From Yuukianura sp. NJ FZ-2021 (lineage: Eukaryota), in assembly GCA_046563655.1 (NCBI GenBank), contig CM102286.1, forward strand, positions 4,650,001 through 4,714,000: a stretch of 64,000 bases of DNA, given 5' to 3'. The notes below the pieces were generated by a model, which was not told where the DNA came from, did no database searches, and saw only the letters and a program-made list of their open reading frames with translations. Below, piece by piece: positions 27,101 through 40,100 of this stretch; position 1 is the first letter of the stretch; every line of letters begins with the position of its first letter. The translations under genes were made by a program, and so were the position numbers.

Positions 27101-30100
27101 GTCATTAAAATGATCAGAATTCCTTTAAAAAATTCCAAATTAAAGTGGAAATTGTTATCGTACTTGTGTATTATCAGCTCCGCCGACGTCTTTTGGAGGA
27201 ATTCCGCGTGCTTGAATAATGTGTATCGTCATTTTCCTTGCAGCAGCTTCATAGTCAAAAGCGACTTCAACACTGCCGCAAGGAACTGCTGCTGATGCAT
27301 CGCGACTCGTTTCGACAATCATCCCCAGCTCACCTTCCGCCATGGACAATTCCTCCACTTCAAAAATGTGATCCTGCGAAAATACAAAATTTCATCTCAT
27401 TTCGAGCATTTCTTAAAAAATTTCATTTGTGCCAATTTCTTTTTCATTTTCCCCGGCATGCTATTCCTGTATTCCTGTCTTACATATTTTATCAACAGTA
27501 CTTATACAGAACAGTACTTTTTCAGTGTCTCCCTTGCGATCAATATTCCAGGAATAGTAAATGCGTAGGAAAATTATTTGTCAAATATTAAATTATTCAA
27601 CACAATTGATTCTAGATCTAGGTGACAAAAAAAGCAAGGTGAGCATCAAAGAATTACTAGCATTTCAAAACCGGCTTTGTCGTGAAGCTCTTGCCTTTCC
27701 GTAACCTGACTTTTGTATGGTGAAGTATAAAAAAAACACAAAAGTTCAAAGTTTTTGGCGGTCAAGGTTCAAATTTCATTTCTCTTCCTACTCAAATTCA
27801 ATCGTCTTTAAAAAAAATAACTGTGCCAAGCACGAGTCTAAAAATTTCAGGCGTTAATAATGCAAAAGTAAAAAATGGCGGCGTTCTTCTGGAAAATTCC
27901 ATGTGAAAAGCTGGTTAATTTTTCCGTTCAAGCACAATTGATTGTGGGCTCTTGTAGTATCCGTTATTGGAAAACGAGCGGTTTCCTGTCAAATTCAATA
28001 CTGATTTATTATTCATAAAAAATTCTCTTTTCAGATTCAAGTTTTTGTGGTTGTAGGTTGAAGAGCAAAGGATAAAAAGAAAACTCTGCAAAATCCCTGC
28101 ACAAGTCCAAGGAGAATCATAAATTTACACATTTTTCCTTCCAACATTTTCGGTTTTCCAATTTTTTCATAAAAATAACATGAATCATGGTCTTTCTCAA
28201 ATCAACAGAAGCTATTATGATGTCTTCGGAGCAAGCAGGAAAACAGAATACATAAGTTAACATACTCTGCCGTGTTTTCGCCTGTTCAAAATTTGGAAGC
28301 TTAAAAAACGGACTGCGACCTGTCAGGTTCTCGAAGACAAGCCAATGCCAAATGCTAATGGGCTCCAGCCATGTTTAGAACATTACATTTTGACATTTTC
28401 TAAACACGGAACATTGAACGGATCTTAGAAACGCTGAGCTCCCGCTCTTTTAAGGTTCAAAGATCAAGTGACTTCCTGTTCATCCTTTCATCTTTTGGCT
28501 TTTACTTTTATCTTTTAAAGGAATTCAAGGTAAATATGATTTCCTTCATTTTATTTTCAGAGCGGGTTTAGTAAGTTTAAATGCGGAAATCATATTTCCT
28601 TCCTAGAATTGTTTCCTTTTCAAAAACTCCATCCGCGGCGCCACTTCACTTATCCAGTTTCCTACTTGACATTTTGGCTACACAAGAATTCCAGCAAGTT
28701 TTTTTAGTACTTTAGTCAGAATTCACGTTGTGTCTTGGGTGCTATTTCAACTAAAGACCTGTATAACGTAGGTTAGGTAACTGCGTTGAGTGGGAGACAT
28801 AACGAAATTGCCATTTTATAAAAAGAACGAAACGCCTTGGAGTGCAATCAACTTAAATTTTCTTGTGTAAAACAAGTTAGCGTTAAGAGGAAACGCCAAA
28901 TTGAAATTTGTTTGTTCAAAAGTTGATTGAAAATGGGTATGACAATTTTCATAAAATATGAGGATCTGACAAAGGAGTTCAAGGCTGTTCAATTTCAAGT
29001 TCGTTATGTCGAGCCACTTCATATAGTACTCAAAGTTTTTAAAACTTTTGCACAAAGTTGGATTAAAGTTTTTCCCTCATGCAAAATTTTAACTACAGTG
29101 AGTTCTCTCATGTTCGAACGAACTCCGGGGAGTTGATGGGAGAGAAAGTCTTTGTACCGTAAAATTTCACACAACCTCAACCGGAAGATAAAGTACCATT
29201 TTAAAACATACAAAACCCCAATGTGATACGTGCTAACTCGTTCGAACATGAGAGGACTGACTGTATTTCTGAATTTTTGGTATACTTACGTCTTGATCTG
29301 CTATTGAGTCTCCGTAGGTAGACATTCCTTGCTCAGAGGGTGGTGGGGACTCAGAGTCCATGGATTTTGTCCTTGGTGGTAAAACCATTCTACGACTGTA
29401 GCTGTTATTTGAATTGGCAGAAGAGGTCACGGATGGTGGGATCGTCAGGGGGTGGGGCCGACAGGCGGGATTCAGCTCCCTTGGTGGTGGCTCCCGGTCT
29501 CTGCTGAGCGAGCGCTGCAGCTGGTGGTGGTGGGAAAATGAAGACGTACTGGGTTGGGATTCGGTACTGTGCGGTTGGTGGGGCAAGTGGTGGCGCTGTA
29601 CGTGTCTGGTGGGACCAGGTCCCAGAGGACCATGCCGTCCAGGATGTTGTCGATGCAGTTCATCCATATCAGCGCTAACATTGGAACTTGTAGACGAGGC
29701 GCTACTGCCACCACAAACTTTTCCTTTTTCTGCTAATGAAATTAAGTCACTTCCATCCGTCACGGCTCGTCCACCAAGAGTCGCAGAACGGCTCAAACCT
29801 GCTGCAAAACGCATGCGCAAATTAACAAGTTGTAAAATTTTCTGCACTAAACTTAATTAATCTGTCCATTTTCTTCTCATTTCCTACACAAGCCATATCC
29901 AGATTATGAATTCAAATCAAGAAGGCTATAAACACACATCCGGGTAATTTTGGCGCGAAATGTAAATCCGGGTAATTCAAAAACAGGTGTAAAAATCATA
30001 AAACAAACCCCCTATCTGTTTATTAGTTCCCTGCAATATTGGCGTCTGATGAAGAATATTTTGCGACTTGTTGAAAGATCTAAACGGATTGCCCGCCCGC

Positions 30101-33100
30101 TGTTTGAACAGGAAGTACGGACACTTTGGTTCTCAAGTGTTTATTTATTCAAAAAAAGAATTTTAATATGAATGGGTTTTTGCATGAATCAGCACAAACC
30201 TCCTGTAACCGTTTAGGCATTTCGGCTCATTTGGCTTGCCAAAAACTGAACCCTAACAAGCCGACATTTACGACAACGAGTAACTTGACTCCACACTGTC
30301 CTTGACAATTTTCAAACAGCCTTTGGCATCCCGCCGAGTTGACACTACATTACGAACTGCGAATATGTAGCACAGCAGGGGACACAAAAATTAGTCAACT
30401 TTGAAATGTTCAAAATAATAACAATAACTTTTGAATCCGAAAGACTTTGGAGCCACTTGAATCACTTTCCAACCGTTTGCCAAAAAATTTCTAAATCACT
30501 TGAACATCCAGTCTTGCCAATAAATAATAATTACCGTCTCTCAATTTTTTTTTTCAAAAAACATCCAATTTTCCCAATTTTTCTGCAAATATATTTTTTG
30601 CCAAAAAGTTCTTTGCTGTAAATACGTTTTTTTTTGCTGTTTTGTCTTATTTTTGTTATGTTAGATAACTATTTCGTGAGTGTCACGATTGATCAAAGTT
30701 GAATAACCTGAGACGTCTGAAAAGGAGATCCGACGAATGATGCTATTCATCGTTCCGTCTGCTTTTCTCCGAAAACTAGACGTCAGCGTGACCAAAGAAA
30801 GGAAAACAAAGGAATTCCAGACGAAGAAGATCCGAAATGAAGACAAACGGGACTTTGAGAAACCACGGAGAGTGGGTTGTTGTAGTCCAACCAAATGACT
30901 TTGGCAAACTAAAACTCGGAAAAGTAATAAAGCCAAATCCTAACTTTTTTTTTAACTTCGGATTCAAAAAAAGAGGAAGTGAACAAAAGCGGGTGGGGAA
31001 ATCTTTGGAGAAAAAGAGAACGACGAGCAATGAGAAATAGTAGCTTTAGAATGCGCGAAAAACTTCATCTTCTCCGTTTTCCACCCAAATACTAATCAAG
31101 CTCGAGTCTAATTTTAGACGAAAAAATTTATATCTTAAAAATAATCAGTTCTTTAGTCTAAACTTTTAGTCTTGTAATTTTTTTAGGTTAAGTTTTGCAC
31201 ACATCATGAGCAGTTAAAAGTTGAAACCAAAAATTCGCGACGTTTTTTCCGTTTGTCAAAATAAACATTTTTTTTAATCAAAGATAATTTTTGAAAACGA
31301 TTTGACAATGAACTCGACCTTTTGTTTTGATAGCGAGATGTTGCGTATTGTTTTCCAATTTGAGAGAAATATGGTGATTTGAGCAGCGCCAAAGAGAATT
31401 AAAATCTGTGTTTACTTTTTCGGATTGTTTTTGTTCTGAATGAAGCCGCGGTGTCATTTCGAATATTTTGTAGTTAAAGTAAACGAACCAGGATTTTACT
31501 ATCAGCGATTCTACTTTTCCACTGCGTTTCATCATTACGATAATGCTAAAACCTTCCATCTCAAACAATACCAAGCTGCTCCAAGGGTCCACGTGCCTAT
31601 TTGGTTTTGAGCATTAGCCAATTTCAGCAGGATCAATTCCAGCCTTCGGTTTTATTGACATTTCCAGCCTAATTCTAGTGCCGGCTTGAAACGTTTTTGA
31701 CGATGTCATTCCGTTATCCGCTTTTAGGTTTTACTCAACCGATCCACTCCAGCTTGTAAAAAGTCTATTTCCCAATGACCAAAAATTATTAAAAAGCTTC
31801 GCTACCAGCTAAGTTTTAGTTGAGTCAAAAACTCATAACTTTTGTCTGATACGAAGATACGATCCAGTTGTTAGCTGAAGCTTGCAAAAACTAATCAATA
31901 GAAGCTCCTCTTGTGCCCGGTCAGCCAGAACCGGGGAAATGTGATTTACTGATTTACACTTGAGGATAGGAAGGGCCACTTCAAGTCAATTCCAGCCACA
32001 CAAACACTATGAACCTGAAACCTAAAGTGACTTTATGCAACCACTTTTGCTTTATAGTAACCTTCAAAGTTTCAAAATCCACTAAAAAACGAGAATTTAA
32101 CTGTTGCCTAACCTAAAGCAAAAGTGACTGCAAATGGCAGCACATTTATAAATTTACTGACGCACGGAAGTTGGTAACATGCTTTTGTCAAATGTCAGTG
32201 TCAATGTCACTAAACTTTTTAAGCACTTTTACAGGATTTTCGAAATTTTGAACAAATTGACAAAAACGAGCTAATTATATCCGGAACACTTTTTGACAGT
32301 TATATACTCAATTAGTAGAAAAGTGCCAATTAGCCTTTTCAATTGCTGAGAATCATGACATAAAGCCTAATTTAAACTTTTTTCGTACTAAAAACTTTGT
32401 TTTGAAAAACTTTTTTCAAAAACTCGTGTAAAAAATTGAGAAAAAGGGATTTACCTCTGTAATGTGCTCTCCTTCGACTACTAGAATTGGGTACGCTCGT
32501 TTCATTTCCAGAGCTGCCGCCTCCATTTTGAACATCACGAATCATTGTGACGCGGAGAGGGCGCATGCTCATACTTCCAGAAAAATGGGACGACGACGCA
32601 CTGGGTCCAGCACTATGCGTTGCTCTACCAGCATACAAAGCTGCGGCGTTAGATTCGTCATGCGCAGAAGTGGCTTCATGGGCACTGTGATGGGAGTAGG
32701 TTGACAAAGGGGTCGAAGAAGGCCCAAGGTCGAGACTTCTCTGCTGATGAAGTTGTTGAAGCTTAGAATACTGGTAGGAATGCCTTGGATGCTGTTGCTG
32801 CTGTAGCTGCGGAGACTTGTCCAGTGACCTCATGTTCTGAAGCGGAGTCTGATGCTGATATGACTTGCTGCCGGGTGACTGTACAGGTAGGTATGGGTTG
32901 CCAGACAATTGACGGAGTCTGCGCAGAACATCTTCTTCACTGTCTGAACTCGACTCGGGAGTCACCGAGTACTCCTCACCTTTTACGGAAAAAATTCAAA
33001 ATTTGATTAAGCGGGAATTCTAAAATGGCGGGAACTGCTCTAGGAAGTTGTTAAGTTAAATTTTGAATTTGGTGCTCACCTAGTCTCGTTCGTAGTTTGG

Positions 33101-36100
33101 CGCTGAGAGGGATTGGTTGAATGGCTGGGGCCGTTGTTGGTGAAACGTGAGCTTTGGGAAATGCCTTGTCCTCAGTCTCTACGCTCACATTGAAGAAGCG
33201 ATACTTTTTGTTAACGTACATCACGAGGATAAGTAGGATAACTGCAAATGCAGAAACGGCTGCCAAGAAAGCTGTCGCCTCAACGGGAACTGCCAAAACA
33301 TAAAGTAAAATATTTACAGTTTATGTCTTGGACTACAACTCAGTTGGCGGGAAAGATTGCTTTTTTATTTGAAACTTTCTCTCTTAGAGTTTTACACAAG
33401 AAACACGGATTCTTATTTCATGATTTGTCCATCCAAAAAATGAATTTTAGTTTTCGAGCATAAACTCTGTCCCCGCTTTTCAAGAGTCGAATTTGACCTG
33501 CAAATTTTTCTTAAAGGTTTAAATGAAATGAGAAAAGAAATGATTTTTCACGTGAATTTTGAAGAATCACGTGGCCACTGAGTCTTTGTCAATGAGCGAA
33601 GTTTTCAAATTCTATACGCTTTTAACACTTATTAACCAAAAATGGTAAACTGATACGGATTATTGCAAAAACACGTTTTTGAAAAACGTAGGAAACATAT
33701 TTCGAGGTCAAAGAACGCTAAGCCACTCAAACGGAGTTGCACAAGAGTATATGTCATTATGACATCCTGTCATGACAAGAAAATTTGTTTGTTTTTTAAA
33801 ACACTGGAATTGTGAGGCCGTAAATCATAATTTAGTTCTTCGCGTTTCCAGGTAGCTGGGAAATTGCCAATAGCTTGTCCAATCGATTTCGGCGCGACGT
33901 TTGTTGCTGTTTTTCAGTCGCTTTTTGTTTCACACTTTAACCTCTACCAAAAACGCTACGTGTCTGCCAAACATCAATTCAAAGATAAAATATCTCATCG
34001 ATTCAGTTGGACTTCTTATTGCAAATTTTAAATGTTGATTTTCAATCTCATGAAATTCGTCCGCAAACAATTTTCTCAACACATCTGAGTAAATTCAAGG
34101 TTACGGAAGGTAGTTTTTTATTAAATGAATTTCCAACTAGAGAACCTGATTGAAGATTACATTGGTTACCTTGCGCCACAAAAATTATTAAATTGTTTCA
34201 AAATTTTGAAAAATCAGGGTAGATTTAAGTACGAAAATGCTGATTAATTGAGGCCATATTGTTGTTGATCGTTTAAGTTAGGCTTAACGCGTCAGTTTAA
34301 GTGACATTCCTTTTTATATACGGAAGTTTGTGAATGAGAACTGGGATGCGTTTGTGAATCTAATGATCCTGACAAATCGACAATGCCGTAAATTGGTGGT
34401 ATCAAACTAGAGCAGTACACAGAGGAATATTAGCACAAGCCCATTTACTTCAGCCGAAAATAAAATAAATTTGCGAATTCCGTCGCGTTTTCTTTCGTGC
34501 ACTGAAGAGGAAAGGACCCGTATTTGATTTGCACAAAAAACATTGGCAAAGACACTCAATTTTTTTCCTGTCGGAAAACTGCACGCTATTGATCTTGTGC
34601 CAATCAATTTCCCTCACTTTTCTTATGTTCACTGTGAATTGGATTCACCTGCCGAAAAGTAAGTCACATTTATATGCACTCATCCAAAAATGTTCAATTT
34701 ATATAAAAGAGTCAGGAAGACACATTGGCCGATGACAGTGACAAATTCATGAGGCATCCACCTCGTCTTGCCCTTGCCCGTCAATCGGACTCAAGCACAC
34801 ATTAAACTCTTTGCATAAACCTAACGGAAAATGAATTTGATTAAAAATTTAGCCTTGAGTTGCCTTCTAATTTTCTTTTTTGCCGGTTATTCAGTGAAAA
34901 TGACTGCGGAAGCATCTAAGGGAGCCTCCAATTTAAAGCAGACTGCGCATGACCAGGATGATCTTGCTACGTCAGGATCGTCGTCGTCTTTTAGCGACAC
35001 TTCAGTCAGCAGTAGTTATGGGACTGTCGCTACGAAGAGAAAGTCACCCTATGCTGCCTACACTAGTTCGCAGGCGCAGTCGTCCAAAAATGACTTCTAC
35101 GACACGGCTCCTTCTACACCTTGGAAGGAGTACACTCCGACTTCATTTTCGGCGCCAAAATATGTTCCAGGTATGTTGAAAACCATCTTGATAGGTGATG
35201 TTCATAACATAATAAATTTCTTAACTTTTCCTTAATGTCAGAACCGATTCAGATTCCGGTACCGGTTTACCGAAAGCAGCGGTACGCCTATCCAGAGTAC
35301 CTGTCAGACCTGCAAATGGCCGGCAGCAGTTACATTCCGGCCCTTCCATGTGAGATATTCTGAATTGGCGCGGCAATTGAGCCAATATTGCGAAACGAAT
35401 CTTGAAATACATCTCATTGATTTTAAGCACCCTACATTACAGACTCGTCAATCGAACCGTTCGGCGCAGCGTCACATCATCACAGTCACAGTTACGGCCA
35501 CACTGGCGGCAGCAGTCATGGCATGTAAGTTTATTCTTTTCCTGCTGTCGTTGTATCCCAGAAATGTCTCTGTGACCTACATTTTCACACATCCGTGACC
35601 ATAAAATCTTGTCCTAGGCATGGTCATGACTACGAGTATGGAAGTAGTGGGCATGGAGACGGTTATGGACATGGACACGGCAAAGGATACGGGAATGGAC
35701 ATGGACATGGAAATGGACATGGACATGGACATGGAAATGGACATGGACATGGACATGGACATGGACAAAAACACAAGACTACAGTCACAAACTACAAAGT
35801 CAGTGCTGTCAATACTGATGCCATAGGACTCCTTGGATTGTTAGGTCTTCTTGGTATTTTGGTAAAGACACACGAACGAATCTAATCAATCGACAACTTT
35901 TATAATCCCCAAAATAAACTAATCTGAATTATTTTTTTGAAACTTGTCAGCAAGGCGTCCTTGCCTTGCTCACAACAACAACGACGACTGTAGCACCAGC
36001 AGTAACAACTGCGGCGGCGGTAACTACTGCTGCTCCTACTGTTTTTCCAGCACTGTTCCGCTATAAACGGCACATTCGTCATCATACTTCAACGACGACG

Positions 36101-37185
36101 CCTAAACCAAACCTCATCGAAGAAATTACTCCTGAATGGCAAACTGCAATTGACAATGTTGCTAAAGAAGTGGTGGCCTCTTTTGTAAGCTCGGACCAAC
36201 TTGCACTTCCAATTTAAAGATCATTTTGAAATTGAATTTTAAATTTCAGAACATAATTGCCCAAGCGGAAAGAGGAAACTTGGACTTTAACTGTACGCAC
36301 CGAGAAACTTGTCGTGCCAACTACATCTTAGCGAAATCATTGGGTACAATTGGCAAAATGGCAAGCTACAAAGTGACGTAAGTTGTTTAAATTTAAGCCT
36401 TTGTTCAAAATTTTGAATATTTTGAGCCAACTTTTTTCCATTCTATTCAGAAATGCCATGAAGGGCATGCTTGAAAAAGTGGCTCCAAGTCCCAAGGCAC
36501 TCCAGAGTATCGTTTTGGCTGGATCCAAGGGAAGACAAGCCCATTCAGAGACAGAGTGTGAGGAAGCCTTTCCAGTATGCAAGGCTCTGGAAATCGATGG
36601 AGTCTACACACTGCCCGTCCTTCTACCAGCGACACATCCGCTCTACTACGACCACGTCCAAATGGCACGAATGGTAAAAAAGTAACACAGAAAAATTGAA
36701 GCCTACTTCCACGGAGAGACAAATATGGGTCATTGCCTCAAATAATTTATAAACACCACAAAAGTTAGAAATAAGCACAAAAATGGGAAACTTATTGTGT
36801 CAAATGGACCCGAAAAAATAACTGTTCAAAAAAGAAAACGTGCTTGAACTACTAAAAGAAAATTGTTTAAAAAAATTGGAGCAGAATTGTTCACTTGAAT
36901 TTTTAAGATGAGGAATTTTTATTTTAACAGAACGAAGCCAGGGTCGCAGTAGGTCCATTTTTCAAAATGTTACTAAATGTCGCTTGGCAGTACTTTCTAA
37001 CTCATCGCTACAAAAACGTTGCCCTTCTTTTCATTTGGTTTCTCAAGTACTTTCCTTAAGTGTTATTTGTTTTGTAATTTTTATTTATGTTACTAAAGGT
37101 CGTCAAAGTTAATGTTGAAGGCAACTAAGTTGATTAAAGTCTTACCATTAAAGGCCCCTTCGGACTCTCCATTAACTTCTACCAT
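24195..37185 (-). CDS. Syt14: Synaptotagmin-14/16-like protein (N-terminal TM, tandem C2 domains)
   Basis: Proposed exons 37185-37146, 33289-33080 (VPVEATAFLAAV...TM), 32979-32455, 29798-29290, 27373-27164, ~27080-26971, ~26281-26121, ~25349-25188, ~25031-24889, ~24392-24195. C2A GSVEVAFDY...RLYGCERMRRERLLGE; C2B APDSYVKLVL...NPLFKETFMFQ; ends WHVLLQS*. The first exon is inferred from phase match only. Confidence 0.9.
34700..34707 (+). promoter_or_regulatory. Candidate TATA box of gene E
   Basis: TATATAAA about 130 bp upstream of the ATG at 34831. Confidence 0.4.
34831..36685 (+). CDS. Gene E: secreted/membrane Gly-His-repeat protein with furin-type site and DM4/DM12-like C-terminus
   Basis: Seven in-phase exons 34831-35170, 35242-35349, 35428 or 35443-35524, 35618-35861, 35951-36184, 36250-36377, 36451-36685. 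Signal peptide; (GH)n tract; helix AIGLLGLLGLLGILQGVLALL; Thr/Ala stretch; RYKR; CTHRETC...KGRQAHSETECEEAFPVC. Confidence 0.87.
35649..35766 (+). repeat. Coding hexamer repeat (GGACAT/GGAAAT) encoding a Gly-His/Gly-Asn tract
   Basis: GGACATGGACATGGAAATGGACAT... inside exon 4 of gene E. Confidence 0.9.
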
Positions 37186-40100
37186 GTCGTCCTCGATACA
37201 GAGGTCACTCGAATGAGATTCAGATGGGGCTGTGTACAAATTGTGCGTTTGACGAGTGTTGCCGTTGTGGTCATATGCGTTACCACCTTCACGACGTTTC
37301 CTACAGCTCCCTATCGTCGAAGATGGAGACACTTCGTCCGTTAAGGAGTAGGCATTTGCCACTGTGTTCAAATCATTTGACCGTCGATTATTCTGATTGG
37401 TTGGAACTGAATTTGACGACGACTGTTGTGACGATGGTTGTGCTGTTGAACATGAGAAGGCTCCTATCAAGCAAGCAATATTTGTGCAAAGGGTCAAAAG
37501 TAACTTTTCTTGGCGGACGGTGAACAACAGGGCTGCAAATTTCAAAAATTTTGAAATATTTCAAATTCTTGTTTTCAAAACTTTGTTGCACTTAAGCTTC
37601 ATGGACGAGGAAAAATTAATAGTAATTGAGAATTTTTGGGTTTTTTAAGTCACCACTTGTTCAATTTTTAGAAAAACACTTTTCACTTAACTTGAACCTA
37701 CAGCTACATACTTAACTTGTCGATTTAGAACAGACGTTTCTAAAAATTAGTTCGCGTGAGAGCTATTGGGGGACTGATACCTTCAATTCGACTAACAAAA
37801 TCCAACTGTGTCAAGTTCTGAGTTTTCTGGAATAAGGACTTTCTCTCTATCGTTTGAAATTGGTTGGAAAGCGGAGAATTACGTAGCAAAGAGAAAGCAC
37901 GGGATCTGTTTTTGCTAGACCAAAGAAAATAATTTAACAAGATCGAAGCGACGTGTCTGCGCATGACTTTATTTTCCTGGAGATAATACGTACAGTCCAA
38001 GTCAAAATATTTGGTTTCCATCACTTTTACAAAAGCAACAGTCAGGCGCCAAAATGTTAACTTAAATTAGCACCTCCATAGCTAAATTTAAACGAAAAAA
38101 AAAACGATAACGATAGCTTTAATTTTTTTTTTACTTTTGACGAGTCTTGGGCGGAAAGCTTTCACTTTTCTTCTTTCTTTGTAATTCAGGAGTAGATGGA
38201 AATTTTTTGAAAATGAGCTATGTTTGAACACGAAAATTTTGACTTGACTTGTATACCACTTCCAGAACTTTTGGACCTCCAGTTCACAGTTGAGTATGAC
38301 AACACCCTTGGCCCGTCCTGCGCCCTCCCATTTCTCCCATCCATGGTAATTCCAAGAGAACAATTGACCATCTCCATGAGAATGGAGAAAGCGACGCTAT
38401 GCTTTCTCCACCATAACCTAACATTTCTGGACGAACGTTTGCAGAGCGTATAATCATAACTAAATCCACAACATTTTAAGTCAATTTTAATTGGAATGTG
38501 TACTGCCTTACTATACTAAGGTCCTTAACGGCCTGCGACATCATATGCTATGTTCATCACTCACCGTACAAAAACTTCCAGGAACCTTTCCCCTTGCTTT
38601 CACCCGAATGTGCCCAACCAACAAGGATGAACTGACTGAAGAAAAATCCATACTGCGAAATGAAAATGTTTCCAACACAGAGCCACCGGTGGGTTCAGAA
38701 ACAGTTTCACCACTACCGAATAGCATAATTACACGACTTGGAAGAAATAAGAAATCTACTTTACTAAAAGTAACCAATCCACATCCAACTTTTGGAGAAA
38801 CAAAAGCAAAAGTAGTGAGGCGGGAGAAACTGCCATTCGGAAATTCATTCTTTCTCTTCAAACAAAACGTTATTCCTAAAAGCATTAATTATCTAACAAT
38901 TTTACAACACAAGAGAACAAAATAGACAATACTTGGAAGAATCATTGAAAGTATAAAAGGCACGAGTTGAAAACTAACAATTACACCAAAAGTAGACAAA
39001 AGGAAATCGACAAAGCTTGCGTTTACTTTTCAGATCGAATAAATTGTCATTTCCTCTTCCGATGTGAAAGTGAACAACAAGTTCTAATTTGTATCCTAGA
39101 GTTTTATGCATTCGATTTTTTTTTCTAAAGCTAGCTAGAAACCTCAAGGTCAAACTTAGAAAAAAATCGTGCTTTCACAAAATTGTTTCTGTTCTGAACA
39201 AGTTACGTGTTCTGAGCTTAGCAGTGTTTCTAGTTGTAGTTACGCTCCAAATTTTGGCGAAAAGCCGGAATGGATTATAAAAGCTCTTTGCTTCTCGCCT
39301 TTCCCTAGAGATTTTCGTGGTTTTGGATTACGGAACTTTAGATCTCTGTTTATACAATCCGCTTAATCTTTCCCTGTGCAAACATTTTCGCAACATCCAT
39401 GAATATATAAAAAAATCAAAAACTGTTTTATGCAAAAATGATTCAGAAGTTGCAAAAACTTTGAAAGCCCTTTTCTTACTTTCCAATTTTGTTGAAAGTT
39501 TTAAAGAAAAAGCTGCACTTGAAATGCATTTTAATGAAATTCCCAATAAAAGTTTTATTACGAAAGGAGAAACTTGATTTGGCAAAGACAAAAACAGCTG
39601 AAGGTGAGATTTTCCATTTATACCTAAGATAGCGTATGCAAGGACAGAAAGTGTGTATCCAAAAATGACAATTTGCCAATTCGCAATTACAACTTCTAAT
39701 TAGTAAATCTCAACACTGCTCGCTCTGCCAAAATCTAACATGGCATAACAATCAATAAAGTTATTATTAGCACAAAAACCTTAAGGCACATCTTCAATTC
39801 TTCAGAATTCTACTTTCCAAACCTACTCTTAACTTTTAAGCATCTTGGAAGTTGATGAGTAGGAAGCTTTAGTAATGCTGATCCTTATGCACCCAGAATT
39901 TAAAGAAGATGAATCCCGTTGTACTTTTAATATTAACGCCAAAGGTGTAGTCCCCCAATTTGCCACAGAAGAACCTCCACAGTTAAGTTTGGTTAGCAAA
40001 ATTGCAATCTCCTGTAGTAAACTGTAGATTGCAATAAAAGAAAAAGATTTGGATTTCCTACGGATGAAAGGATTTAAGTTTTCTAAGCTGCCGTTTACGC

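Noticed and set aside
35577..35826. ORFs encoding (MS)n and (MD)n peptides
   Set aside because: These are shadow frames of the GGACAT repeat; only the Gly-His frame splices in phase into gene E.
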